From Omnitrophica bacterium RIFCSPLOWO2_12_FULL_50_11 (lineage in GTDB: Bacteria; Omnitrophota; Omnitrophia; Omnitrophales; Danuiimicrobiaceae), in the NCBI GenBank assembly GCA_001804315.1, contig MHFT01000054.1, positions 28,428 to 84,888 of the forward strand: a stretch of DNA of 56,461 nt. The letters run 5' to 3'. Shown piece by piece: positions 39,942 to 49,401 of this stretch. The notes beneath the pieces are model-generated. The model did no database searches, was not told where the DNA came from, and saw only the letters and a program-made list of their open reading frames with translations. A program made the position numbers and the translations under genes. Positions within the stretch are counted from its first letter, which is position 1. Every line of letters starts with the position of its first letter.

Positions 39942-39997
39942 GTCCCCCACCACTTTAAGGAATGTCCCTTGGGACAAACCTTAAAGTGGTGGGGGAC
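39942..39997. repeat. Second complete F2 palindromic element
   Basis: GTCCCCCACCACTTTAAGG (39942-39960), an 18-nt loop with an inner GTCCC-TT-GGGAC hairpin, and CCTTAAAGTGGTGGGGGAC (39979-39997). It abuts the stop codon of the zinc-ribbon CBS gene. Confidence 0.85.
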
Positions 39998-40560
39998 TAC
40001 GGTTCAGGTTCTTCCGGCCTTGAGATGTAACTTAAGACATCCTTAATGGAAATGATGCTCAAAGGAGATCCGTCGGCGTCTAAAACCGGCAGATGGCGGC
40101 ATCCTCCCATCGCCATCTTGTTTACCGCAAACGCGATGGGATCGTCGGCGCAGACATATTCGGGATTCGGCGTCATCGCCATACTCACCTTCACCTTGGA
40201 AAGATCGCGATACTTCCCAGCAACCTTTCTCAGCAGATCCCGTAAACTTAAAATGCCAACCAGCTTTTGGCGGTCATAAATGAGAACACAGGTTTTCTGC
40301 TCCTTTTGCAAAATCCTCACAATTTTCTGGATCGAATGATTCGGACTCGCAATCAAGAGGTCCTTGCCCGTGAGCAGTACCGAAACAGGTGCGGTCATCA
40401 TAGCGTGCTGAAAACGGTCATCCTTTCGCGGCTTCGGCAAGCCGCGCTGCATCAGAGAATGCAGACACTGATCGCAATAATCCATCCCCAAAATGTTATC
40501 AAAACCGCAGGAGGGACATTTGATCGTTTTGTTATTGGACAGTCCAGGTTTCTCGACCAT
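39997..40560 (-). CDS. Zinc-ribbon plus CBS-pair protein
   Basis: N-terminal CPSCGFDNILGMDYCDQC (CxxC-x11-CxxC), followed by two CBS motifs. It overlaps the korB stop by 29 nt. Confidence 0.8.
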   Translation of the reverse strand: MVEKPGLSNNKTIKCPSCGFDNILGMDYCDQCLHSLMQRGLPKPRKDDRFQHAMMTAPVSVLLTGKDLLIASPNHSIQKIVRILQKEQKTCVLIYDRQKLVGILSLRDLLRKVAGKYRDLSKVKVSMAMTPNPEYVCADDPIAFAVNKMAMGGCRHLPVLDADGSPLSIISIKDVLSYISRPEEPEP

Positions 40561-41563
40561 AAATTAATTCCTTCAGATCTCCTTTTCCCTTTTTCTTGAT
40601 CGCATCTCGAACCTGTTGATCCATCATCCCATCATAGGTCGGTCTTTCAATGTCACGAAACACCCCAAAAGGAACCGGAAGATCAGGGTACTCCATCTGG
40701 GTCAGCAAATAAGCGTGATTGGGTTCCGGATCCTGCTCATTATGAACGAGCAGTTCTTCATTGGGACCTAAATCAGCCAAGTTGAAGACTTTGGGACGAA
40801 GGCGTTTGATCCGAATCGCCTTATCCTTTTTCTTCCCAAAGATGAGCGGTTTGCCGTGTTCCAGATACACCATTCGCTCGTCGCGACTGTCTCGACCGGT
40901 GACCGGATCGAATTCCTTGTCATTAAAGATAATACAATTTTGATATATTTCAACAAAAGAAACTCCTTTATGTTGCGCAGCACGTTCCAGGACGTAAGCC
41001 ATGTGCGATGGGACATTATCCAACGTTCGAGCGATAAACGTAGCCTCCGATGCAATCGCAATGCACAAGGCATTAATCGGATAATCAATCGAGCCCTCCG
41101 GTGTCGATTTCGTCACCTTACCCATCGTCGATGTTGGAGAATACTGGCCTTTCGTCAAACCGTAAATCCGGTTGTTCACGAGCAAGATGTTGATGTTCAC
41201 ATTCCGCCGCATGCAGTGAATCAGATGGTTTCCCCCGATACTCAAACCATCCCCATCGCCTGTAACCACCCAGATAGAGAGATCCGGATTGACGCATCGG
41301 AGCCCCGTTGCGATCGTCGGAGCGCGGCCGTGTATCGTATGGAAACCATACGTATTCATGTAATAGGGAAAACGACTCGAACATCCGATCCCAGAAATGA
41401 AAACGTATTTCTCCTTCGGAATACTAAATTTGGCGAGCGTGCGCTGCATCGTCGCCAAGATCGCATAATCGCCACACCCCGGGCACCAACGGACTTGTTG
41501 GTCCGAAATAAAATCCTGTCTTGGATGAGGTAACTTTGTAACCGAATCTGCCGGACCTACCAT
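40532..41563 (-). CDS. korB: 2-oxoglutarate/2-oxoacid:ferredoxin oxidoreductase beta subunit (TPP-binding)
   Basis: WCPGCGDYAIL and VVTGDGDGLSIGGNH are TPP motifs. 343 aa. Substrate specificity is not provable from sequence. Confidence 0.9.
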   Translation of the reverse strand: MVGPADSVTKLPHPRQDFISDQQVRWCPGCGDYAILATMQRTLAKFSIPKEKYVFISGIGCSSRFPYYMNTYGFHTIHGRAPTIATGLRCVNPDLSIWVVTGDGDGLSIGGNHLIHCMRRNVNINILLVNNRIYGLTKGQYSPTSTMGKVTKSTPEGSIDYPINALCIAIASEATFIARTLDNVPSHMAYVLERAAQHKGVSFVEIYQNCIIFNDKEFDPVTGRDSRDERMVYLEHGKPLIFGKKKDKAIRIKRLRPKVFNLADLGPNEELLVHNEQDPEPNHAYLLTQMEYPDLPVPFGVFRDIERPTYDGMMDQQVRDAIKKKGKGDLKELIYGRETWTVQ

Positions 41564-43431
41564 ATCGATTTAATTTTCTCCTCGATCTCTTTCGTTTGAA
41601 ACGGCTGACCCTGAACCTTGTTTAAGCCGCTAGCGTTTACCTTAGGATATCGGGCGCGGATCAAAAAAAGTAGCTGCCCCATATTTAACTCGGGAATCAA
41701 AACGTGTTCGAACTGGCCCAATATTTTTTCCAAATTCTTTGGAAACGGATTCAAATAATTCAAATGAACGTGCGAAACGGTGATCCCCTCGCGCTTTAAG
41801 TTCCGTACTGCCTCGTAAATAACGCCGTAGGTTCCGCCCCAGCCGAGGATCAGTAATCTGCCTGACTCGGGTCCATCGATCGTCGCTTCCGGGATGTCAT
41901 TTGCAATTCGTGCGATTTTCCGGGCTCGAAACTCCACCATTCTTTGATTGTTCTCGGGGTCGTAACTGACATTACCCGTCAAATCTGCTTTGGCAAGACC
42001 TCCGATACGATGTTCGAGACCCCGCGTGCCGGGAACCTCCCAAGGACGCGCGAGCGTTTCCGGATGCCGAGCATATGGCAAAAAGGGACCCTTGCCCGCC
42101 GAGGGATGGTTCACCTCAATTTTCGGCAGTCGGTCAAGTTCCGGCAACTTCCACGGCTCTGCGGCATTGGCAATATTTCCTTCAGAGAGAAAGACCACGG
42201 GTGTCATATACTTCAAGGCGATGCGGACTGCTTCCAACGCCATCTGAAAGCAGTCGGAAGGCGTTTTCGGCGCAACGACCGCGATCGGTGATTCGCCATT
42301 CCGGCCAAACATCACTTGTAATAAATCTGCCTGTTCAGTCTTCGTAGGCATCCCTGTGCTGGGCCCTGCACGTTGGACATCGATGACAACGAGCGGCAGC
42401 TCTGCCATCACAGCTAAATTTACCGATTCCGCTTTCAAACATAGGCCGGGTCCGCTGGTTGCGGTGACGCCAAGCTCTCCTCCGAAAGAAGCGCCAATCG
42501 CCGCCCCACAGGCTGCGATTTCATCTTCGGCTTGAAACGTTTTCACGTTGTAATTCTTGTGTCTCGCCAGGTCGTGCAAAATATTACTTGCAGGGGTAAT
42601 CGGGTACGAACCGTAAAACATCGTTTTGTTGGCGAGCCGCGCTCCCGTAATAAAACCTATGGCTGTCGCCTCGTTTCCGGTAATTTTCCGGTAGGTGCCC
42701 GGTTCAAGAGCTGCCTGTTTCACCTCGTACTGGACAGGCATGACTTCCGTCATATCTGCATAATTGTATCCCGCCTCGAGTGCTCGAAGATTAGCGTTCA
42801 CAATCTCAGGACGCTTCGCAAATTTCTTCTTGATCCATTCAACCGTATGATCACGACTTCTCGAATAGAGCCAAAACACCATGCCTAAAGCAAAAAAGTT
42901 CTTACAACGCTCCACCTCTGAAAGCTTCAGGGGCTGATCTTTGAGAGCGGTTTGCGTCAACGCCGATAAAGGAACGTTCAGGATTTGAAAATCCCTTAAA
43001 GTTGCGTCTTCGAGTGGGTTTGTTTTCCACCCTGCTTTCTTTAAGTTCGGTTCATTAAAGACACTTCCATTCACCACAATGAGCCCCTTCTTTTTTACCT
43101 GAGCCAAATTCACCTTAAGGGCAGCAGGATTCATCGCAATGAGGACATCGGCAAGGTCGCCTGGCGAGAAGATAATTGAATCGGAAAATTGAATTTGAAA
43201 GCTGCTCACGCCGGGCAAGGTTCCGACGGGCGCGCGGATCTCGGCTGGAAAATCGGGAAGGGTGGCAAAATCGTTTCCCATCACCGCGGTGGTATCGGCA
43301 AACTGATCTCCCGCAAGCTGGATCCCATCACCTGAATCACCTGCAAATCGCACGGTGATAGCAGAGACGAGTGCTTTTGACTTCCTTACTCTTTCCTCTG
43401 CTTCAGTTTCAAATGTTGATTTCCTATCCAC
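41557..43431 (-). CDS. korA: 2-oxoglutarate/2-oxoacid:ferredoxin oxidoreductase alpha subunit (fused gamma-alpha)
   Basis: VRFAGDSGDGIQLAGDQF (gamma-type N-terminus) followed by an alpha-domain with GSYPITPAS. 624 aa. GTG start overlapping the CBS stop. Confidence 0.9.
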   Translation of the reverse strand: MDRKSTFETEAEERVRKSKALVSAITVRFAGDSGDGIQLAGDQFADTTAVMGNDFATLPDFPAEIRAPVGTLPGVSSFQIQFSDSIIFSPGDLADVLIAMNPAALKVNLAQVKKKGLIVVNGSVFNEPNLKKAGWKTNPLEDATLRDFQILNVPLSALTQTALKDQPLKLSEVERCKNFFALGMVFWLYSRSRDHTVEWIKKKFAKRPEIVNANLRALEAGYNYADMTEVMPVQYEVKQAALEPGTYRKITGNEATAIGFITGARLANKTMFYGSYPITPASNILHDLARHKNYNVKTFQAEDEIAACGAAIGASFGGELGVTATSGPGLCLKAESVNLAVMAELPLVVIDVQRAGPSTGMPTKTEQADLLQVMFGRNGESPIAVVAPKTPSDCFQMALEAVRIALKYMTPVVFLSEGNIANAAEPWKLPELDRLPKIEVNHPSAGKGPFLPYARHPETLARPWEVPGTRGLEHRIGGLAKADLTGNVSYDPENNQRMVEFRARKIARIANDIPEATIDGPESGRLLILGWGGTYGVIYEAVRNLKREGITVSHVHLNYLNPFPKNLEKILGQFEHVLIPELNMGQLLFLIRARYPKVNASGLNKVQGQPFQTKEIEEKIKSIW

Positions 43432-43900
43432 CTTCAGGCGTCTCCATCACTTGAGCTGGATTGGGCGGCAAATTGTATACCTCGGTCGGGTAGAATTCTG
43501 CGAGGAACCGAATTAACGTTCGTACTGAAAGTACGTTTGTTAATTCGTTCTTCTCGTCGACGAGCGGAATGTGATAAAAACGATGCTTACCCATCAAACT
43601 GATTGCCTTACCTACAGAATCATTCGGTGTTAATACCGCTGGATCTTTCGTCATAAACATGCTCACGGGACTCGACCAATCGACATCGTGGTCCAAGATC
43701 TTCCGAACCACATCCGTTTCCGTAAAAATACCGACCACCTTCTTATCCTTGGCGATGATGATGTAACCCGACCGGTTTCCCTGCATGAGATCGATCGCTT
43801 GTTTGATGGAGATATCCGGCGGCGCTTGGACAAACCTTGGGTTCGTAATTTGATAGATCTTCTTTTCCTTGAGTACGACCTCAACCGGTTTCTCTGCCAT
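43424..43900 (-). CDS. CBS-pair protein
   Basis: Two CBS motifs, 158 aa. ATG 43900 is preferred (AGGGGAA upstream) because GTG 43942 would lie inside the terminator U-tract. Confidence 0.78.
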   Translation of the reverse strand: MAEKPVEVVLKEKKIYQITNPRFVQAPPDISIKQAIDLMQGNRSGYIIIAKDKKVVGIFTETDVVRKILDHDVDWSSPVSMFMTKDPAVLTPNDSVGKAISLMGKHRFYHIPLVDEKNELTNVLSVRTLIRFLAEFYPTEVYNLPPNPAQVMETPEGG

Positions 43901-43940
43901 AGCTCGGTTCCCCTGTTTGTCTATCGATGCCTCTGCACAC

Positions 43941-43968
43941 AAAAAAAGGGACAGGCCTCACCCGTCCC
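43941..43968 (-). terminator. Rho-independent terminator after the first OFOR pair
   Basis: The minus strand reads GGGACGGG-TGAGG-CCTGTCCC followed by TTTTTTT (an 8-bp stem with one mismatch and a 7-U tract). Confidence 0.8.
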
Positions 43969-43994
43969 CTATCCCCTCTGCTCCACACGCAGAG

Positions 43995-44855
43995 TCAAAT
44001 AAATTCAGCCATGAGTTGAGCCTGATCCTCCTCCGAAAGGCCAAGCTCGTGATCGATGAGAGGGACATGGAGCGTTTCCTCCTCCGTCGCTTCGTAACAC
44101 GGCCGCTCCTTTTGATAGAAAATTCCGGTAGCGATGTAATCCTCCCGCGCTGCTTCTCGGAACGCTGCATGAATATCGGATGAATCATAGCCCAATTTAT
44201 TAATGTCCTTCACATTCGTTTTGAAAAAGTCATGCGTGTTAATTTTGTTGAACGTCACACAAGGACTGAACGCGTCGACGAGCGCAAATCCTTGATGCCG
44301 AATTGCCTTTTGAACCACGTCGACCAGCTGCGTCACATGTCCCGTGTAGACACGCGCGACAAAGCTGCATCCAGAACCCAGCGCAAGCGTCAGGGGATTA
44401 ATCGGAAGCTCCGGATTGCCAAAGGGGGTGGACTTTGTTTTCATCCTGAGGCCGCTCGTTGGAGATGTCTGACCGGTCGTCAAACCGTAAACTGCGTTAT
44501 TCATGACGATATACGTCATGTCGATATTTCTGCGCATCGCGTGGACCAAGTGACCGACACCGATTCCATAACCGTCTCCGTCTCCCCCCACAGCGATCAC
44601 TGTCATTTTATGATTTGCAAGTTTAAAACCTTGAGCCACAGGAAGGGCGCGGCCATGCAGCGTATGCATGCCATACGTATTAATGAAACCAGGCAAATTA
44701 GAGGAACACCCGATTCCCGAAACGAGCATCACCTCGTTGGGTTCCAGCTCAACTCCTGGGAGCGCTTTCTTTAAACCCGCCAAGAGTCCAAAGTCTCCGC
44801 AGCCGGGACACCAATCCGGAACAACCTTATGGACAAAATCTCTGACCTCAGACAT
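43995..44855 (-). CDS. 2-oxoacid:ferredoxin oxidoreductase beta subunit (second paralogue)
   Basis: WCPGCGDFGLL, IAVGGDGDGYGIGVGH. 286 aa. Confidence 0.9.
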   Translation of the reverse strand: MSEVRDFVHKVVPDWCPGCGDFGLLAGLKKALPGVELEPNEVMLVSGIGCSSNLPGFINTYGMHTLHGRALPVAQGFKLANHKMTVIAVGGDGDGYGIGVGHLVHAMRRNIDMTYIVMNNAVYGLTTGQTSPTSGLRMKTKSTPFGNPELPINPLTLALGSGCSFVARVYTGHVTQLVDVVQKAIRHQGFALVDAFSPCVTFNKINTHDFFKTNVKDINKLGYDSSDIHAAFREAAREDYIATGIFYQKERPCYEATEEETLHVPLIDHELGLSEEDQAQLMAEFI

Positions 44856-46611
44856 AGGTAAGCTCCTTCTTCACGCGGTGGTAAATATCTTCACCCGTAA
44901 ACGGTTCTCCATCGTACCGGCTTACGGAGCGTTTGATGTGGTAACCGGTTTCCATACGAATGAGCCGCGACATCTGACCCGTAAAATTATTTTCGATGCC
45001 TATAATTTCTTTACAGGAATTCATTACCTCTAACACTTTTTCCACGGGGAGCGGAAAGAGATCGGTAAAATGAAGATGATTGACTCTCAACCCTTCTCGC
45101 TTAAAGTACTGGCACGCTTCTTCAATTACATCATAGGTTGAACCCCAACCCATCAACGTGAGATCGGCATCTTCTGGACCCGTTAACGTAGGAGGCTGCA
45201 TATCTTCCGCGCGCATCACGTCAAGTTTCTTCAAGCGCTTCGCGTGGAGCCGATTCCGAATCTGACGCGCTTCGGGAAGACCCGCCAAGACATCACTTGT
45301 GACAAGCCCTTCCTCATCATGTTCATCGCTTGCGGAACAGTACATCCCGCCCGGAACGCCGGGGACGAGACGCGGCGAAACGCCGTCTTCGGTGATCAAA
45401 AAGCGTTTGTACTGGCCATTCACACTCCGCTCGAGCTTGCCCCGATCGATCGGAAGCTTAACCTGGAAAGGCTCCGCGGTCTGAAAATGTTCGGACAAGA
45501 ATAAGTCGGAAAGAACGAGAACTGGCGTTTGATACTTCTCGGCTAAATTGAGCGCACGGCCTGCGGCGTGAAAAGCGTCCTCGATATCCTTTGGGGCAAT
45601 AATGATACGAGCAAAATCTCCCTGCGAAGCACCCACCATCTGGATCAAATCACCCTGCTCATGTTTCGTCGGAATTCCGGTGGAAGGTCCTCCGCGCTGG
45701 ACGCTGATCACGACAATCGGCTCCTCCATCATGCCCGCGAGGCCGATTCCTTCCGTCATCAACGAAAAGCCGCCGCCGGAGGTGGCACAAGCTGCTCTGA
45801 CACCCGCATGAGCAGCTCCAATTACAAAATTGACAACCGCGAGTTCATCCTCGCACTGCTTCACGATAATCTTATGCGACTTTGCTTTCGACGCCAGATA
45901 ATGAAGAATGCCTGTTGAGGGCGACATGGGATAAGCAGCATAAAATTTAAGGCCGTGCGCCAAAAGCCCCATCGCGAAGGTATGGTTCCCGGTCAAAAAC
46001 ATTCTGCGTTTTCCATCTCCTTTGAGAGAAACATCCAGCTGCTTTGCATTCTCTTTGGCCCAGTCCATCCCCAGTTTTAAAATCCGTTGATTCATCTGAA
46101 CCACTTGTTCGCCCTTCTTGCCCAAACGCTCTTTAACAAAATTAAGACCCACTTCGGCATTTAAACCAAGAACTTGAAGCACACAACCGATGAGCATCAC
46201 GTTGACCATGACCGCTTCGACGCCGGGCTCGTTCACCAATTCCCGAAATGGAAAATGATAATAAGTTAGATCATCACGCATCTTGGAAAGATCTTCAGTA
46301 ATCAGAGAAGAGTTGTAGAAAACGACACCGCCTTCCTTGACATCCGGAATGTGAACGGGAGGACTCGTTCGGTTGAGAAGCACTAAGACATCCGGCTTTT
46401 CACCGTGGCTGAGTGTTTTTTGGGAACCTACATGCAGCTGGAGCCATACATGCCCGCCTCGGATGGCCGATTGATAGGCATTGTACGCCATCACGTGTAA
46501 TCCGTCGCGGGAGCAAATCCGGCCAAAGATCTCTCCCGCCGAAGCAATGCCGTCACCTGCAGCTCCTGCAATGCGTACAATCACGCTGTCTTTTCTGTTT
46601 GACGAACTCAT
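44848..46611 (-). CDS. 2-oxoacid:ferredoxin oxidoreductase alpha subunit (fused gamma-alpha, second paralogue)
   Basis: VRIAGAAGDGIASAGEIF at the N-terminus, AAYPMSPST. 587 aa. Confidence 0.9.
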   Translation of the reverse strand: MSSSNRKDSVIVRIAGAAGDGIASAGEIFGRICSRDGLHVMAYNAYQSAIRGGHVWLQLHVGSQKTLSHGEKPDVLVLLNRTSPPVHIPDVKEGGVVFYNSSLITEDLSKMRDDLTYYHFPFRELVNEPGVEAVMVNVMLIGCVLQVLGLNAEVGLNFVKERLGKKGEQVVQMNQRILKLGMDWAKENAKQLDVSLKGDGKRRMFLTGNHTFAMGLLAHGLKFYAAYPMSPSTGILHYLASKAKSHKIIVKQCEDELAVVNFVIGAAHAGVRAACATSGGGFSLMTEGIGLAGMMEEPIVVISVQRGGPSTGIPTKHEQGDLIQMVGASQGDFARIIIAPKDIEDAFHAAGRALNLAEKYQTPVLVLSDLFLSEHFQTAEPFQVKLPIDRGKLERSVNGQYKRFLITEDGVSPRLVPGVPGGMYCSASDEHDEEGLVTSDVLAGLPEARQIRNRLHAKRLKKLDVMRAEDMQPPTLTGPEDADLTLMGWGSTYDVIEEACQYFKREGLRVNHLHFTDLFPLPVEKVLEVMNSCKEIIGIENNFTGQMSRLIRMETGYHIKRSVSRYDGEPFTGEDIYHRVKKELTYV

Positions 46612-46655
46612 AAAACGGCCCTTTTAAACTAAATCTTGCCTAGATAAATTGCGTC

Positions 46656-46684
46656 ATTATAGCCACTTCTGATACCCCGCACAA
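46656..46684 (-). promoter_or_regulatory. Sigma70-type promoter for the OFOR genes
   Basis: The minus strand reads TTGTGC (46684-46679), 17 nt, TATAAT (46661-46656). Confidence 0.55.
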
Positions 46685-46735
46685 GGACAGAAAAACCACA
46701 CAAAACCACACGGTTGCTGGCGACGGACTCCATCT

Positions 46736-47086
46736 TCAGACTGAGAATGATTCGCCGCAACCGCACGTCTTCTTGGCGTTCGGATTCAGAAACTTAAAAC
46801 CACGTCCTTGAAGGTCCTCTGAAAAATCAAGGATCGTATCACCCAAGTACAGCTCGCTTTTTGGGTCCACAAATACTCTAACGCCATCAATTTCTTGGAC
46901 GTGATCCCCTTTGCGACCTTCATCAAAACCAAGTTTGTAGGAAAGGCCGGAGCATCCTCCGCCTTGAACTCCTACTCTTATACCCAAACTGGCTTTGCCT
47001 TGTTTCGCCAAAAGCCTTTTCGCTTCCGCAATCGCGTACGCCGTCAACTGAACCATCGCACTCCCTCTCTCGATTTCAAATGTCAA
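46736..47086 (-). CDS. sufA: Fe-S cluster insertion protein (HesB/IscA/SufA/ErpA family)
   Basis: GGGCSGLSY and a C-terminal CGCGESFSV. Confidence 0.9.
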   Translation of the reverse strand: MTFEIERGSAMVQLTAYAIAEAKRLLAKQGKASLGIRVGVQGGGCSGLSYKLGFDEGRKGDHVQEIDGVRVFVDPKSELYLGDTILDFSEDLQGRGFKFLNPNAKKTCGCGESFSV

Positions 47087-47098
47087 ACCGCATCGTTC

Positions 47099-47656
47099 TC
47101 ACATGATTCCTAATTTCAATTTGGCCGCTTCGGACATCATGTTCCGGTCCCACGGCGGTTCCCAAACGAGATCGATCTGAACTCGTCCGACACCGGGTAA
47201 ACGCTCGATCTTCTTAATCGCATCGATCCGAAGGGACTCCCCCATGCCACAACCAGGTGCCGTGAGTGTCATTTTCACGAATACGTCCTTCATCTTTTCA
47301 CGTTCTGCTGAGTCTGAAAGTGTACATTCATAAACGAGACCTAAATCCACAATATTCACCGGTATTTCAGGATCATAACACGTCTTCAGTTGACGCCAAA
47401 CCAAGTCTTCGAGCAGGATCTCCTTCCCTGTTTCATCAATCGTTTCTACTGCCTCCGGCTTGTCTTTGCCGATCGCATCCGCATCTAGACCTGAAAGCCG
47501 GACCATGAATCCCTGCTCCGTCATCAAGGTAAAAGTTCCGCCAAGCGACTGAGTAATATGAACCCGGGTGCCTTGTTGAAGGATCGTCTTTTCCCCGCTC
47601 GGGATCAACGTTGCCTCACAATTCCTCGTCAATGTTACCGTCTCAAAGCTGTGCAC
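47099..47656 (-). CDS. sufT: SufT-like Fe-S assembly protein (N-terminal domain plus DUF59/MIP18)
   Basis: LKTCYDPEIPVNIVDLGLVY and LTAPGCGMG are DUF59 motifs. 185 aa, and the position in the suf operon fits. Confidence 0.75.
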   Translation of the reverse strand: MHSFETVTLTRNCEATLIPSGEKTILQQGTRVHITQSLGGTFTLMTEQGFMVRLSGLDADAIGKDKPEAVETIDETGKEILLEDLVWRQLKTCYDPEIPVNIVDLGLVYECTLSDSAEREKMKDVFVKMTLTAPGCGMGESLRIDAIKKIERLPGVGRVQIDLVWEPPWDRNMMSEAAKLKLGIM

Positions 47657-47680
47657 CGCTGGTTCTTCCTCCCGGATTGA

Positions 47681-48136
47681 CTATTCCGTGGAAACAGGCT
47701 TGCCGTCTCCTGCGATTCCCGACCGAAGCGTGTGCCACGGTAGTGACGCGCATTTGACACGAATCGGGAATTCACAAACACCAGAAAATACAGCCAACTT
47801 TCCAAGTTTCGGCTCATCCACCGGATCACCCGGTTTTCCCAAAATCATTTTGTGAAAGTGCGTAAAAATTTCATCCACCTGCGCCGTCGTCTTACCTTTC
47901 ACGGCGGCGGTCATCATCGAAGCAGAAGCTTTCGAAATCGCACAACCCGAACCCGCAAAACCGATGTCCTTAATCCGCTCCCCGTCCAGGTTTAAATAAA
48001 CCGTGTAGCGATCGCCGCAAAGCGGATTGTAACCTTCCGCTTGATGACTCGCACCTTTCAACGGTCCAAAGTTGCGCGGCTTCTTACTGTGATCGAGGAT
48101 GAGTTCCTGATACAAATCGCGAAGATCATTCATCAC
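47681..48136 (-). CDS. sufU: SufU/IscU-like sulfur acceptor or scaffold
   Basis: LYQELILDHSKKPRNFG, NPLCGD, GSGCAISKASASMM. Confidence 0.88.
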   Translation of the reverse strand: MMNDLRDLYQELILDHSKKPRNFGPLKGASHQAEGYNPLCGDRYTVYLNLDGERIKDIGFAGSGCAISKASASMMTAAVKGKTTAQVDEIFTHFHKMILGKPGDPVDEPKLGKLAVFSGVCEFPIRVKCASLPWHTLRSGIAGDGKPVSTE

Positions 48137-49401
48137 TTAAAAACCCGAACCACCTGCTCCACGGAACGCCGGAGCGCTTCGATCTCCTCCTTCGTGTTGT
48201 AAAATGCAAAAGAAGCCCGCGCCGTCGCCGGGATCCCAAACCGGTCCATGAGCGGCATCGTACAATGATGACCGGCACGAATCGCAATCCCGTCACGATC
48301 GAGCATCGTCCCGATATCGTGGGGATGGACATCGCGAAGCACGAATGAGACAACGCTCGCTTTCTCTTTGGCCGTGCCGATAATTTTAAGACCCTTGATC
48401 CGAGAAAGTGCCTCCGCAGCGCACGCGAGCAAATCGTGTTCATAAACGGCTAAAGGACCGTAGCCAATCGCACCGAGATAGTCCATCGCACGGCCGAACG
48501 CAATGACATCCGCGATATTCGGCGTTCCGGCCTCGAATTTAAACGGCAGCACATTGTACGTCGTTTTCTCAAAAGTGACGGAGCTGATCATATCCCCGCC
48601 GCCCTGATACGGCGGCATCTTTTCGAGCAGCTCCGCCTTCCCATAAACAACGCCAACGCCGGTCGGTCCGTACATCTTATGACCCGAAAAAACGTAAAAA
48701 TCACAATCCAGATCCTGCACATCAATAGGAAGATGAGGTGCGGCTTGAGCACCGTCAATCAAAACCGGGACATGGAAACGGTGTGCGACGCGGATGATCT
48801 GGCGGACCGGATTGATCGTCCCGAGGGAATTGGAAACGTGCGTCATCGCTGCCAATTTTGTTTTCCGATTGAATAATTTCTCATACTCGTCGATCAATAA
48901 CTCGCCCTCGTCATTGATCGGAGCAATCCGCAGCCGCGCGCCTGCCTCCTCGCACAACATTTGCCACGGCACAATGTTGGAATGGTGCTCCATTGCAGAA
49001 ATAATAATTTCGTCGCCTCTTTTGATGGATGTGCGCCCATAACTTTGCGCAACCAGGTTAATCCCTTCTGTTGTTCCACGGACAAAAATAATCTCCCGAG
49101 ACGCTCTTGCGTGGATGAACTGTTGAACCTTTGTGCGCACCTGTTCGTAATCCTCAGTTGCCCGCTCGCTCAAATAAAAAATCCCACGGTGAATATTTGC
49201 GTTTTCGGTCTCGTAATATTCACGCAACGCATCGATCACTTGCCGAGGCTTTTGAGTCGTTGCCGCGTTATCGAGGTAAACCAGAGGCTTCCCATACACC
49301 TTCTGAGCGAGGATCGGAAAGTCCTTCCGGTACCGCGCGACATCAAAAGCAGTTTTCCCGTCAGGCTTGGTCTTTAACATGGTGCTCCTCTCGGCACTCA
49401 T
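48133..49401 (-). CDS. sufS: Cysteine desulfurase, SufS type
   Basis: YLDNAATTQKP, FSGHKMYGPTGVG (PLP lysine), RAGHHCTMPL (active-site Cys). Confidence 0.95.
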   Translation of the reverse strand: MSAERSTMLKTKPDGKTAFDVARYRKDFPILAQKVYGKPLVYLDNAATTQKPRQVIDALREYYETENANIHRGIFYLSERATEDYEQVRTKVQQFIHARASREIIFVRGTTEGINLVAQSYGRTSIKRGDEIIISAMEHHSNIVPWQMLCEEAGARLRIAPINDEGELLIDEYEKLFNRKTKLAAMTHVSNSLGTINPVRQIIRVAHRFHVPVLIDGAQAAPHLPIDVQDLDCDFYVFSGHKMYGPTGVGVVYGKAELLEKMPPYQGGGDMISSVTFEKTTYNVLPFKFEAGTPNIADVIAFGRAMDYLGAIGYGPLAVYEHDLLACAAEALSRIKGLKIIGTAKEKASVVSFVLRDVHPHDIGTMLDRDGIAIRAGHHCTMPLMDRFGIPATARASFAFYNTKEEIEALRRSVEQVVRVFK

